From NCBI GenBank assembly GCA_965112155.1, contig OZ218104.1: a stretch of 64,000 nt of DNA. One strand, written 5' to 3'. Under the pieces are notes generated by a model, which saw nothing but the letters and a program-made list of their open reading frames with translations, did not search any database and was not told the origin of the DNA. A program made the translations under genes and the position numbers. This document shows, piece by piece, positions 46,905-60,157 of this stretch. Source of the stretch: Podarcis liolepis (Eukaryota). The stretch's first letter is position 1. Each line of letters begins with the position of its first letter.

Positions 46905-49325
46905 AGCTTTTCCCCCCCAATGAGTTTTATTAAGTTTCAATATTTTTAATCTATAAAATCAAGATGCATTTTCATCTTTTCTCTTTATTTTTATCAACAT
47001 CCCACCCCGTTTTCCTTTTCTTTTTTGTTTCCTTTTCTTATTAGTTTTCCCAATTATTAATAAATCAGTGCCAAATTACATTAAACTTAATACAATTTCC
47101 CCAAAAACTTGACTTCCCACTCTTCGTCCTAGTTGTGTCCTTCTTCCCCCCCCCCCCCCCATTGCGGCTTGAAATTACATTATATTCAATTTAAAATTAT
47201 TAATTATTATTTGATCAATTCCTGCTCATATATTTACATAACAACATATTCCCTTAAAGAACAAAAGAGGTTATCCACTTTAAAGCATTACTTATTACTT
47301 CTATATTAATTTTCCTTTTTTCTTTTTTAAATTAATCTTTATTGGTTTAAAATCAAAGCATACACACTACAAAAGCTTGAAAAAAGAAAAAAAGAAAAAG
47401 GAAAGAAGATGAAACAAAAGCAGCACGATACATCTCTAACAAACAATAAACAGTAGAACAATACATCACAAATTCACAAAAATGTTCCGACCATCAACTT
47501 CCAACTTCCTTGATATGGGTTCTTTGTTTTCCTAATTACTTGCCTCTATTTTTCAATAAACTTTGTCTTTATTAAATATTGTTTGACTTCTTTATACCTT
47601 AATCAATTCTGAGTGTTATTCGAAGCATTCTAAAGTTTTTATATGGGGACACTGTTCTTTTGAATATTGTCTATAGATCTCCCATTCTCTTTTGAACTTT
47701 TGGGTTGATCGATCTCTGATCTTTTTTGTCATATACAGTATGCTAGTTTCATGTATTCAGGCATTTTTACTTGCCACTCCTCTTTTGATGGAGTTTTATC
47801 TCCTTTCCATCCCTTGGCTATCAGCATCCTTGCTGCCACTGTTGCATTAAAAAAAATCCTTCTTTTCTCCCTTAGGATGTCTGATGCCATTATGCCTAAT
47901 AGGAAGGTTTTGGGTTTCTTGTTGAACGTTATTTTGAACAGTTTTTTAAAAAATTATTGTATATAAGTTCCCAAAAGCTCTTTATTGTTTTGCAACCCCA
48001 CCACATGGGGTACATCGTGCCCTCTAACTCTCTACACCTCCAGCATAAAGTTGAGTTGGTTCTGTACATTTTGGACAGTTTGTTGGGGGTGATGTACCAC
48101 CTGTATAGCATCTTCATAAAATTTTATTTTATAGTGAAGCAGGCCGTGAATTTCAATTCCCTTCTCCATAAATTTTCCCATTCCTCCATTTGAATATTGT
48201 AACCAAATCTTTCGTCCACTTAACCATGACTGATTTTACCTCTTCTTCCTTTACTTCCCAATCTAATAATAATCTGTACATTTTGGAAAGTTGTTTATTT
48301 TTTAATAAACCTTTTTCTAATTCCAAAATTTCCATCACAAAACCTTTTTTTTTATCAGCCTTAAAGATTTTCAGTTGGTGGTATTTCTAACTAACCTGTA
48401 AGAATTTTTTCAGTTTTAGCTGGTTTTTATCCTCTTCTAATAAATCTTTGTATGTTGCCCAATTCTTATTCATGGGTTTTTTTTCTTTCCTGTGAAGGCT
48501 TCAAGTGGAGATAGCCACCAGGGTTATCCCATATTTATCCCATACACCATATAATGATTTCCTTAACACATGATTCAAAAAACCCCTGTGAACCCTTACT
48601 TTCCCATAACAACAAAAACAAGCCACTTTCCTTTCTTTTCATCTTGCGTGTGCTGCCATCTATCTTCTCCACCATCCATCACCTTTCAGTCATTATTCAT
48701 CTTCACTTTTCCAGTCTACACTCTTCCAAGCCAGTGTCCATTTCCTGTCCAGTTCCATATTGTTTTGCAATTCATGTTGTCTCCACAGCATTTGCCCCAC
48801 CCCATTTTCCATGGAGTTGTTGTTTCTCCCCTTCTGCTGCACCCTATCTTCTATCTATTAAATCACAATATTATAATCTAATTACTTCTGTTGCTCATAG
48901 CTCAAATGCTACTCGCAAATTCATCATATTATAATATTTATTTAAATAGTCCAAAAAAGGCATCCATTCTTCCATAGAACACTCATCATTAGATTCTCTT
49001 AATTTTGCTGTTAATTTTCCCGGTTCTGCATAGTCCATTATCTTACTTATCCATTCTTCTTTGGTTGGAACGTCTTCTGTTTCTGCACATATAGAATCCT
49101 AGCTGCTGATAAACAACTTTAACATTTTTTGGGATTTCTGCTCCTATGATTCCTAACAGAAATGTTTCGGGCTTTTATATCTATCTATCTATCTATCTAT
49201 GCCCGAAACATTTCTGTTAGGGATCATAGGAGCATATATATATTCATTTTAAACATCTTTTTTATTTTGTCATTTATCACTTCCCAAAATACCCTCGTTT
49301 TCTTGCAAGTGCACCACATATTGGG
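46905..49325 (-). mobile_element. Decayed L1-like LINE cluster, probably two nested elements
   Basis: Minus-strand ORF fragments with L1 ORF2 C-terminal motifs (KMLYRWYITP...CWRC..EGTMYPMWWGC..IKSFW); two T-rich tail starts at about 46905 and 47318. Confidence 0.8.
49139..49234. repeat. 34-bp inverted repeat with a (TATC)n loop
   Basis: Arms 49139-49172 and 49201-49234 are complementary with one T-G pair; 28-nt loop. Confidence 0.95.
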
Positions 49326-49516
49326 GGGGGGGGAATCCATCTACCTGTTTACACTTTCAGCAATTATTAGGAAACATTTTAAAAAGTTGAATTTATATTC
49401 TGGACTTAAAACAACAAATATGACTGCTAGGACAGAGATTGAAAAACACATGGAGATGATGGGCTTTTTGTTGCTTTTTGACTGTATTCTAGAGCTGATA
49501 GTGCCAGTGTGATTAA

Positions 49517-49753
<237 letters not shown>

Positions 49754-50366
49754 TGAAAGTGAATTTGTAAGTGAATTTTTAACTTGAGCAACTCAATAGT
49801 CTAGACCGCAGCAGAGCTGTGTGTCAACAGCAATGTTTCTCTTATCTGCAAATCCATATTGAGATTAGTTCATTTAGCACTTACATGCACTCCAGAAATG
49901 TCAAGATTTAGAACAGCATTACCTCTATTTCCCATCTCTCTAAACTGAAATACATTTTTAAAAGGCATCAGCACTCTGCGTGACTCTTTTATACATGAGT
50001 GTTTATGATTAGCAGGCTTAGCAGCTCCCCATTCCCCAGTGATGTATAAGTCTGGTGCTTCTATTGTAGGGACTCCAGTAGTCTGGAGGATAGATCCTTG
50101 AATATCCCCAACCCTTCAACTGGCAACATGAGCTGAAGGAGTCAATCCTGTGAGCCATATTTTGCTGATTTAAAGAAAATTCATTTTAAAAAAAGAAAAA
50201 ACCCTGCAAGAGATCATCCCTGATGCCCCTTATTTCAGACAGCCTCTCCCACCCTCCATTTCTACAATAGTATGCCAAGTTTGAAAACATCTGGTGGTGT
50301 GGTGGTAAGAAGAGGTGGTAAAAAGAGGACCAGAGTTCTCATACTCACCCTGCTGTGTCTGCTCAG

Positions 50367-50453
50367 GTATAAACCCACGAGTGAAATCAGGGCGTTTTAT
50401 GAAAATCCTTCCCGACTACGAGCACATGGAATACAGAGATGTTTACACCTGCC
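50367..50453 (+). CDS. FBXO31: FBXO31 candidate alternative cassette exon 2b (29 codons)
   Basis: tactcac branch point, ctgtgtctgctcAG acceptor, C|gtatgt donor; 87 nt, phase 1-1, stop-free: (R/G)INPRVKSGRFMKILPDYEHMEYRDVYTC. Confidence 0.75.
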
Positions 50454-51317
50454 GTATGTACCTTCCATTGGCAAATGTTTTTTGCGTTGTGTTAGCATGG
50501 AGTGTGCCTGCTTCACCACTTAATTGACAAGCTAAGCTTCCCAGGGCCATTTGGGGGACAGATATGTTTTGAGAGCAGCGGGTGCCAAATCCAGCAGACT
50601 AAGAAAGAATGCTAACCACCACTGCTATGTCAAGGTATAGGAGTAAGCAGTGCTACAAACAAATAAGGTAGCAGTAGCTGTGAGTCTCTAGAGCTATAAA
50701 AGTGCATTGAGGAGCAGATGGGACCGTCTTGAGGGTGGATAGAGTTTGGGTAGAGCCTTGTAGTCCCACTCACAGAGTTTTGTATCAACACTAGGGGAAG
50801 GGGATGAGACCCAGGAAGATGAACTGTTGGCATCTCAAAAGAAACTGCTGGAAAGTTGAAGTTTTCAGGAAGCATCAAGTCAGAAGCTTGATAGAATTAC
50901 ATGCCAGGTTATTGCAGGGAAAGGCATCCACAAATCTACTCACGAGGGGCAAGGTTGCCCACCCCTCTGGCAAGGTGGACACCTAACATCCCTACCTCAG
51001 AGAGCTCACTCCATTGCATTTTTCAAGCAGGTAAGATATAGTAGGAGCCTTTTCTGAGCAGTGAAAAAGGAGTCTTGCTGCTGATTTTGACCTTCTCCCT
51101 ACCTTGCACAATTGAGAGAAGACCTGGCCTGTCTCCCAAACCCCCTTTCCTTGCCAGGGGATGGGACCAGAAGTAAGAGCCTACCTAAGTAAGCCAAGCC
51201 AGTATCTGAGGACCCCTGACTGGGAAGTCCCTCCCAGTTGCTTCCTGGCTGTAGCAAGAATACTGCTGTCTTTAAGCCAAGTGAGAAAACTTCTTGCCTC
51301 TGATCAGGTCTCCAATA

Positions 51318-51543
51318 CAGTGGTACCTCGGGTTACAGATGCTTCAGGTTACAGACTCCACTAATCCAGTAATAGTACCTCGGGTTAAGAACTTTGCTTC
51401 AGGATGAGAACAGAAATCACGCAGCAGCGGTGCGGCGGCAGTGGAAGGCCCCATTAGCTAAAGTGGTACCTCAGGTTAAGAACAGTTTCAGGTTAAGAAC
51501 AGACCTCCAGAACGAAGTAAGTTCTTAACCCGAGGTACCACTG
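51318..51543. mobile_element. Tc1/pogo (Tigger-like) MITE
   Basis: Perfect 18-bp TIR CAGTGGTACCTCGGGTTA; TA TSD; internal TIR-motif repeats. Confidence 0.9.
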
Positions 51544-52587
51544 TAGTTCAGAGGAAAGAGCCATTGCCTCTAGCGTGATACCCTTTTGAATTGGGTCCCA
51601 AAGCAGTTCCTTTCTCACAAAGCATCTCTGGCATCCCAAAAAGAGATTCAAGGGGATGTAGATCAGTAACTCAGGATCCTCTAGAGCAGCAGAGAAAGCT
51701 CTGGGAAATTGTGACATCCATGCTGGGAAGCCAGAAACTTATGGTCTTCCCATGTAAGTGTGTGCTTTTTTCCATTTCAGCAAGGGTAGCAGTCCCTAAA
51801 ACATAAACTGGAATTCTGAAATTGAATCCCAATCTGCTAATTGGCCACCCCTGTTCTAGTGGAAATAATGTAGCTTTTTTTTTAACCAAAGAACAGAAGG
51901 AAAAAAATTTTGAGCAGCAACTCTGTATTCCTAGCCCTTGGTAAGCTGCTTTCATTCAGTGAGTTCTTCATTGAGTCATCTGGTTCTTGTGTGAGTTTGA
52001 TTGGAAAATAAATCAGTGGGTTTTTGAGAGTCACTGCTGGTGCATTCATTTTGGTCCAAAATGGATCTTGAGGCTGCCTATTACATATTCAGCTCTGTAA
52101 AATAATAGTGAAAGGAAAGAAGCACAGTCTAAACAGTCTGAAGATTTTAGACACTGTGAAATAGAAACTTTATTTTATGAAAACAAGTCTTTCTGTCTGA
52201 GCTCAGAAATCCACATTATATTCACACTGCTCCATCCATGTGATGCTCACATGCTTCTAAGTCATGGGTTCCCCAAAATGCCAATTAACCCTCAGGATGA
52301 ATAGTCTGTGGTTTTGCTTTGGGTAACGACGAGCTGCAAGCCGGGCAACCATTTAACATACACAGCTGCCCCCAGATTGGAAATGCAGTGTTGGAAAAGG
52401 CTGCATCTCTGGAATTGTTGCCTCTTAAAGAAATAAACACTGCTAGTAAGACTGAAATGCATCAGAGCTGTGCAGAGGGACAGATGTGCTCTTGTAAAAA
52501 GTCCCATTTGGAAGCGCACACGCTCCTAAACCTTTATTCTGCCATTTATCCCCCTGACCACATTATTTTATTTTGCCTTCCCTTGTC

Positions 52588-53012
52588 TTATTTATTAAAT
52601 TTGTATGCCGCCCTATACTCGTAGGTCTCAGGGCAGTTACAACATGAAATCACAATATAAAAACACGAAATATATAATAAAAACAACCCAATAACACCCC
52701 CACTCCGCAACACATTTTAAAAGGGCATTGGATGTCAGTCAGCTCTAAAGGCCTGGTTAAAGAGGAACGTTTTTGGCTGGTGCCTAAAAGTGTATAATGA
52801 AGACGCCAGACAAACCTTCCTGGGGAGAGCATTCCATAAATGAGAAGCAACTGCAGAAAAGGCCCATTCTCGTGCTGCCACCCGCTGGACCTCTTGTGGA
52901 GGAGGCACACAAAGAAGGGCCTCAGAAGATGATCTCAGAGTCCAGGTAGGTTCATATGGAAATAGGCGAACCTTGAGGTACTGCGGTCCTGAGCTGTTTA
53001 AGGCTCTATAGG
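52588..53012 (-). mobile_element. L2-like LINE 3' fragment (same family as 3076-3497)
   Basis: Collinear similarity over about 420 nt, e.g. cattttaaaagggcat, aaaggcctggttaaagag, cacacaaagaagggcctcagaag. Confidence 0.65.
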
Positions 53013-53089
53013 TATAATTGCAAAAGTATATCTGGAACTTGGGTTGCTCAGTGCATTAGTTCTGTGTGAAGCAGATTCCTGACATTGGC

Positions 53090-53293
53090 TGAGCCTAAAG
53101 CTTTCAGGGTACCACCTTTGCATGCCAAAGAGCCCAGGTTCAAACCCTGCCATATCCAGTAAAAAAAAAAAAAAGATTAGGAAAGCAGATGAGGGCAAGA
53201 CCTCTGCCAGAGGCAGCTGCCAGTCAGAGTGGACAGCAGTGAGCTAGATGGAAAAACAGTTTGACCTGGTATAAGGCAACTTCCTATGTTTCT
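53090..53293 (+). mobile_element. Squam3-like SINE
   Basis: ctttgcatgc...ccaggttcaaaccctg...gagctagatgg...gtataaggcaacttcctatgtt, similar to 9761-9952. Confidence 0.65.
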
Positions 53294-53844
53294 AGAATGG
53301 GAGCTATTCCAATGGCACAGGGGGCTTTTTACTTTATGACATAAGCTAAACTGTTGTGTGCATGAGAGGAACATATTTGGAATGCTGTTTTCTGAGGTGA
53401 GCCTGCTTTTGGCTTGATGATAGCCTCTGAACTGGGCTGTAAAGCAGGTGGGCTTTACTGGGAACCTGTGGCAACCTTGTCCTGTGAGGGCCTTGAGAAG
53501 CAATGGGATGGATGAGCTTGGGTGTGCTACAGGAGACTCTTTTTGGTGTTCCTTTGGCTTAGTGACTGATTTACGTGGGTAGTTTTTGATTTCTTTAAAA
53601 GTGCTAAGGCTCAGTCTTGCTTAGTTCCCCCTGATCCCAGTCGTATGGGGATATGAACTATGCTGACTCAGTGGGTAGCATCCAGTAGTAACTCTGCCGA
53701 GAATAGGCCAGTTGAAGTTAATAGACATGACTAACTTAGGTTCATTAGTTTCAGTGGTTCTTCTCTGAGTAGACTTACATTCCAGTGACTCTTCAGTCAC
53801 ACTTCCTGCAAGGAATTGGAAAGTGAGGCTAGTCACCATTCAGA

Positions 53845-53985
53845 AATATAGAAAGCTGCCTTATACCAAATCAGATCATTAGTCTCACTTATTACTGTCT
53901 ACACCAATTGGCAGTGGTTCTTCAGGGTTTCCCAGCTCTACCTGGAGATGAACCTAGGATCTTTTGCATGCAAAGTGGATGCTTT
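53845..53985 (-). mobile_element. Squam3-like SINE, antisense
   Basis: atagaaagctgccttatacc...gaacctaggatcttttgcatgcaaag is the reverse complement of the same family. Confidence 0.6.
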
Positions 53986-55692
53986 GTAGCAGTTGGGGCC
54001 TGCCTCTGTTTGACCAATGAGCATTACAGATGCTAGAAGCAAAGCTTTTAGTATTTGACAGCTGCTTCTTCCAGGCTGGGAATCCCAAATAAAAACAGAA
54101 AGAAGTGCCTTGCCTAGATGATTGCTGACCTATTGAAACAGAGTGCTCATCAAAATAATGCATTGTCTCATTCACTTTAATATTTTTATTTTGAAATTGT
54201 GCTTCTGATTTTCACAGCTACAACTGTGTTCTGTCCTGTGTTCAGCTGCCTCTCATTCCTCCCTAACTTTAGGCAGAATAGCCCCAGATAACCCCTTCCT
54301 TCTTAACTCCATTCTGCTGTGAGAGGGAGAGTTTCAGTGAAGTGTCTCAAAAGTTCAGGGGGACCTTGATACTCACAGTGGTATGTTTGCATGACTTAAC
54401 GTATTGTCTTGAGCAAACCCTCTCTGTGAGGATTGTCAGTTTTCTTAGAAAGCAGCTCATAAACATCCCTTTGGTGACAGCCTTTTCCTTTGCAGAGGCC
54501 TCCCTTGCAAAGGGCATGGTGGCATTAAGTGTCCCTTATTTTGACCAAGGCACTGCTTTAACTGGCGTCTCCCTTGAGTAGTATAATGTTAACACCCTGA
54601 CTTCTTTAATGCAGAATATGTTTCTGATGACTGCAGTGGTGGTGAAAGAGCCTTCTCTACTTTTTAACTTTTACTTTAGTTAGAGATTTCTCCCTTGGGG
54701 GTGGAAGCATAGTTTGAAGGCCCTTTAAACTCCTAGGGGAGGAGCCCATTTCCTCTTCTCAGTGTTGGCTTTCTGTGGAGCCTCCCCCAGCTTGCAGGAC
54801 AGGCAGGCAAGCGATGATTTGGACAAGGATCAAGTGCCAGCACTCCCTGCCTGAGACATGGCTGAAGGCGAAAGAGCAGCAGTCAGCACCACTGAAGAGG
54901 GCAGTGCTATAAGCTGTGAATTTGGGGCAAAGAGGGAAAAGCAGGAAGGTTCCCCGGTGCGACATTTCTCTCCCATTGCCAGAGCTGAAGAAGCCAAAGG
55001 AGGGGCTAAAAAAAGAAAAGCGTGAAGTTGGGAAATCCAGGACCATATCTTTGGATGGCTTTTCTCAAAGCTTAAAAGCAGTGGTAGGGGAAGGGGCTCA
55101 GTTAGGTAAAGGCAGGAGCACAGTGGGGGGGGGGATGTTCCCTGATCAAACACACACACCCAACTGCTATTTACCATACTGAAAAGAAATCTGTGTATTT
55201 GTCTCTTACACACCCAGCAAAATTATTAGCAGAGGGAAGGGTTAACCAGGGAAATGACATAGAGGGATGGGCTTTAAGAAATCATCTTCCCCACCACTAT
55301 ACTACACTCTGCTGCTCTGATCCAGTTTGTTCCCCAAGCTGCTTCTCAGTTCTCATTTTAAATTGAGAGATATGGCTTTTTTATCTCTGAGATTCCCATT
55401 AATGTTGAAGGGAGGTCTTGACTGTCCTGCAGTCCTTCCTCTTCCCTGTGTTTTGCAGAAGTAGAATAAATTGTACAAAATGAGTAGAATAGGTGCAAGG
55501 GGTTCTTTAATTTGCATGATACACCCAGGGCATAGAATCTTGGTGTCTGGATTTATTGCCAAGTACACACAGCCCTGCTGTACAGGGAGCTCTTTGACAC
55601 CACTGAAACTCTCCCTTTGCTTCAGTATTTCCCCTCCCTTTAGCTTTCTGTGTACCATTTGATTATCTCTTGCTTTTTCTTCAATTCTCCAG

Positions 55693-55769
55693 TTCTCCAC
55701 AGATACCGGCACATCTTGGGACTCTGGCAGCCAGACATCGGACCGTATGGGGGGCTGTTGAACGTAGTG
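55693..55769 (+). CDS. FBXO31: FBXO31 exon 3
   Basis: 77 nt, (L)[25 protein letters not shown]; donor gtgagt. Confidence 0.97.
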
Positions 55770-55873
55770 GTGAGTATAGAGGCTCTGCCATGTTGCATAG
55801 AACAGGGGTTTGTTCAAGGTGCTACAGTGACTGAAAAGAAAGCAGGTTTTTACTCTCCTTACTTTGTCTGTGA

Positions 55874-56283
<410 letters not shown>

Positions 56284-58087
56284 TAATGAAGATACCCTGA
56301 GCTGCTTTTCAGCCTGTTGGATGATTACTACTTTAAAGCAGGGGTTGTCAACTTGTTGTGCCCCCCCCCCATATAGTGTACTCTAATGCCCATTAGCCCC
56401 AGCAGGGATAGGATTCAGGGTTTCTTGTGTAAACTTCCCTTGGCTTAGATTTCTTCCCCCAGCACCTGGAAGCCAAAGGTCACTTTTTGGTTCAACTGTC
56501 AGCTGCTGTCCAGGTGCTTCAGTGCCATTCAGTGTGGTCTATGCTTTGCATTGCTAGCCAGGGAGTGACTTATAGCTTCCTTGAGTTGGGCTCTTAAAGA
56601 ACTGAAACTTTTCTTGCTCTGGACACGATCCAAATGATTGTGCAGCTAACAGAAAGCTATGTTCCATGTGCATTTCTCCCCATACTGCCTGGCAAACAAC
56701 TTTCAAAGCTTATGGGAGAAATGCACATGGAACATAACTATCTGTTTGCAAGGAGTGGTGGTGGTATGCCTTGACCCCACCTCATTTAATAATATAAGGC
56801 TGCTTCTGAAAATGGAGCAGAGGAATGAGAGAGAGATTGCACACAACCTCTGGTGTGACCTGTGGGCACTCCTGTTTAAAATAGAGAAGGCAGGAAAATG
56901 CTGTTCCGCCTTTCCCAGGAAAACCTTGAGACGAAGGTTCCAAGAAAAGGGAGACCTGCTCTAAGACGAGCTTCCGATGTTGTCTTTGTATAAACATTGT
57001 TGATGTAAGCACTGAAAACTTGGCCTTTAGCAAAGGTTACCACCAGCAACTGTTAATCTGAGATAGTGCTTTTTCAACATATGTGGTAATTTAGTGCCAC
57101 TGGGAATGAAGTTAGCTCACAGAATGTTTTATTTCAGTCTTTATAGCACATGTGCAGGCCTAGGCATGTTCACAGGCACACAGAGAGGCTTGATGAATTA
57201 GGCTCTGTTGCCCTGTATTGACTAGGGAGGAAGAGACAGTTATCTGCGATTGGGGATTAAAGTCACAGTTGGCAATGCAGAGTTAAGGCTGAAATGCTGC
57301 TGCTGTGCTCTGGCACGAATATGCCTCATGATCGAGCAGTTCATTGTCAAGAAGCAAGCAGGGCTGGGAATTTGTGGGGGTGGGGTGATAAATCCTTTTC
57401 CACGGCTGACAAGTAATCATGCTGTCTGCAGCAAGATCATTAGGATGAATTAGGCTATCTGTATCCTCTGAGGGTTCAATGCGTATTGTAACACTAAAAC
57501 GACACCATCCTTGCAGAAGCAGATTCTTTTTTATTCTTCCATCTTAAAGCAAATGCTTGAAACAAAGCTTTGGAAATGTGTGTAAGAGATGGCTTCTCCA
57601 CAGTTCAGTGTTTTCTACTGCGACTCCACATGATGGTGTCATTCTTTTGAAAATACTGTGTGCCTTTTCCTCCACCTGTCTGTTCCACCACCTGAAACAT
57701 AGAAAATCTAACAAACAAACGAAGCAGTTGTTGGGGGCAAGGGATTCATTTACAATAGTCTGGAAGATCTGCTGTGGTTTCACAGTCAACAAACAATGGC
57801 CTTAAGAGGACTTGTGTCTGGAAGCACCCAGTTATTGTGTTTAAATGAGTGAAATCATTCTGCCTTTGGCTCTGCAAGCAGATCAGTTTATGGATCATCT
57901 GTTTGGAATTCTAGAATTTGTAGTCCAGTAACAGGAAGGGGCATTTTTAATGGGTGAGCAGCTTGATGAAAGCAGAGGAAAGCAATTGCCTCTTGTCCAT
58001 ATCTACCAGTGCTTTCTTATTGGAGGAAGGGGTCCCAGGCAATTGCAACTCCTTGACTTTGCTTCTCTCTTTGGGGTGCTGTTGTAG

Positions 58088-58198
<111 letters not shown>

Positions 58199-59096
58199 TA
58201 AGGGGCGGGGAAGGACCCTTATTTCATCCTCCTGCTTCTGCAGTCAGAAAGAGAGAGAAAAATCAGAATTTTTAGAATAAATTTTTCAAGTAAAGTAGTA
58301 CAGTTGCAAACTCCCCAAACAGTGATAACATTTGAAAGGGAAGGGGTGCATTATCTAGGTGTGGTTGCTTTTTGCTTCAGAGAACAGTGGAGACTTATGA
58401 TGCCTTTGTAATCATCGTAATTCCTTCTAGTTCCAATGTTCTGGTTTACGTGCCATTGTTTATGTACCCTAAACAGTACCATCCATTCACAAGATCAGGA
58501 GGTATCAGCAGACTTGGGCAAGCCCAAAGGTTTGCAGAAGTATTCATATTATTATTATTATTATTATCATTATTATTACCTCACCTTTTTACCTAGTGGG
58601 ACTCAAGGCAGCTTACAGATAAATAAATGCTAGAACCATGAATTGGTTTGTTTTGGCAAATTCTGTTCCCCATCTTCAAAAGCTGTAGATGCCTTTGGCA
58701 AGAACTGGAATGGTGCAAGGGAATGACAGTGAATGGAGACCATAACAATGAGGAATGGAGGGAGCAGATGGGTCTTGAGTCTAAGAAATAGTAGCTATGG
58801 TGGGTACAGAGGGAAGGCCAAAGGTGCACAGCAACATGGTTTTCAGTCATCTCCCTACCAGAAACTCACTCTGCTAATTTGAGTCCCTTTCAGATTCTGC
58901 TCATGCATGGCAAAGCTGCATTCAACATGCAAGAGAGCTAGAGTTTTGATTTTTGAAGGCATCATTGCTTTTAAAACAGGGAAGGTGATCTAGTCAGATG
59001 CCAAACTGTATGCCTTGTCAGTGATTCAGAGATTGCACCAAACAGGTTGTGGCCTGCCTGCATTATATCAAGCTGTGGTTCTTTTTAATATTCCAG

Positions 59097-59250
59097 CAAC
59101 TGCTTGACATACAGACGCATCTACCTCCCTCCACGGAGTGCCATTGATCTCATCAAGCCAGGCCTTTTCAAGGGGACATATGGGAGCCATGGTCTTGAAA
59201 TAGTCATGCTCAGCTTCCATGGAAAAAAGGCCAAAGGAACTAAAATCACA
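59097..59250 (+). CDS. FBXO31: FBXO31 exon 7
   Basis: 154 nt, [51 protein letters not shown]. Confidence 0.97.
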
Positions 59251-59304
59251 GTGAGCATCTGGCTTTCTCTTTTCAAGTATGTATTGTCACTGTTGCCATG
59301 CCAA

Positions 59305-59435
59305 ACAAAATGATCAAGGGAATGGAGCAACTCCCATTTGAGGAAAAGGGTTGCATCGTTTGGGACTTTTTAGTTGAGGGAAAAGTGAGTAAGAGGTGGC
59401 AAGATAGAAGTTTATAAAATTATGTACAGCATGGC
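59305..59435 (+). mobile_element. CR1 LINE ORF2 fragment
   Basis: aaaatgatcaagggaatggagcaactccc...gggactttttagtt...atagaagtttataaaattatg resembles the CR1 ORF2 C-terminal region. Confidence 0.6.
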
Positions 59436-59786
59436 TCCCCAAGTTCTAGATCATGACTAAACACTACTTCACACCAGCTCTCAATGAGTAAACAAATAGT
59501 ACAGCTACTTAGACTAGCAGGGCAAAGGAAGTGGGCAAGACCTACTGAAAGTGATGAACAGAGTGGAGAAGAGAGATTTGCTAGTACCACAATATACAGG
59601 CAAGGCAAGGCACAGTGGTTCAGGATGTGTTCTGTTTCAAATAAGGGTCTGGGGAAGGGAATGAGGAGAAACTGGTTTGGCACGGATGAGGAGGCTGTTC
59701 GAGGCACTGGAATGGGATGGAGTCAGTGGCCATTAGCATTCATAGCAAAGTCATTCCGCTCTCTTTCCTTCCTGCCTATCCTCCAG

Positions 59787-60157
59787 GGTGACCCTAACAT
59801 CCCAGCTGGCCAGCAGACAGTGGAGATTGACCTGGCGCATCCCATCCAGCTGCCTGATATTGAAAACCTGAGCAATTTCAGCGAACTCTCCCGCATTGTC
59901 CTGGAAGTGCAGGAGCAGGTGCGGCGAGAGCAGCAGCAGGAGGAGGAGGGTGGCCTTGAAAAGGAGCACCAGCCGCAGGGCCAGGAAGAGGAAGAGGAGG
60001 AGGAGCAGCCACAGCCAGGCCCCTCTCAGCAGGAAGCAGGCAGAGGAGCAGAAGAGGGAGCCGTGGCCCAGGGCTCTCCCCCAGCCTCATGCCCTTTTGT
60101 GCTGCCTGGTGGCATTGCATCCAGGAATGAGGATTACCCTCGGACCTGCAGAGCATG
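59787..60157 (+). CDS. FBXO31: FBXO31 exon 8
   Basis: 371 nt, [16 protein letters not shown]...Glu/Gln-rich loop...[20 protein letters not shown](C). Confidence 0.96.

Noticed and set aside
59484-59786. Upstream part of the 225-aa ORF 59484-60161
   Set aside because: Intronic read-through ahead of FBXO31 exon 8; homology starts at the AG acceptor before 59787.
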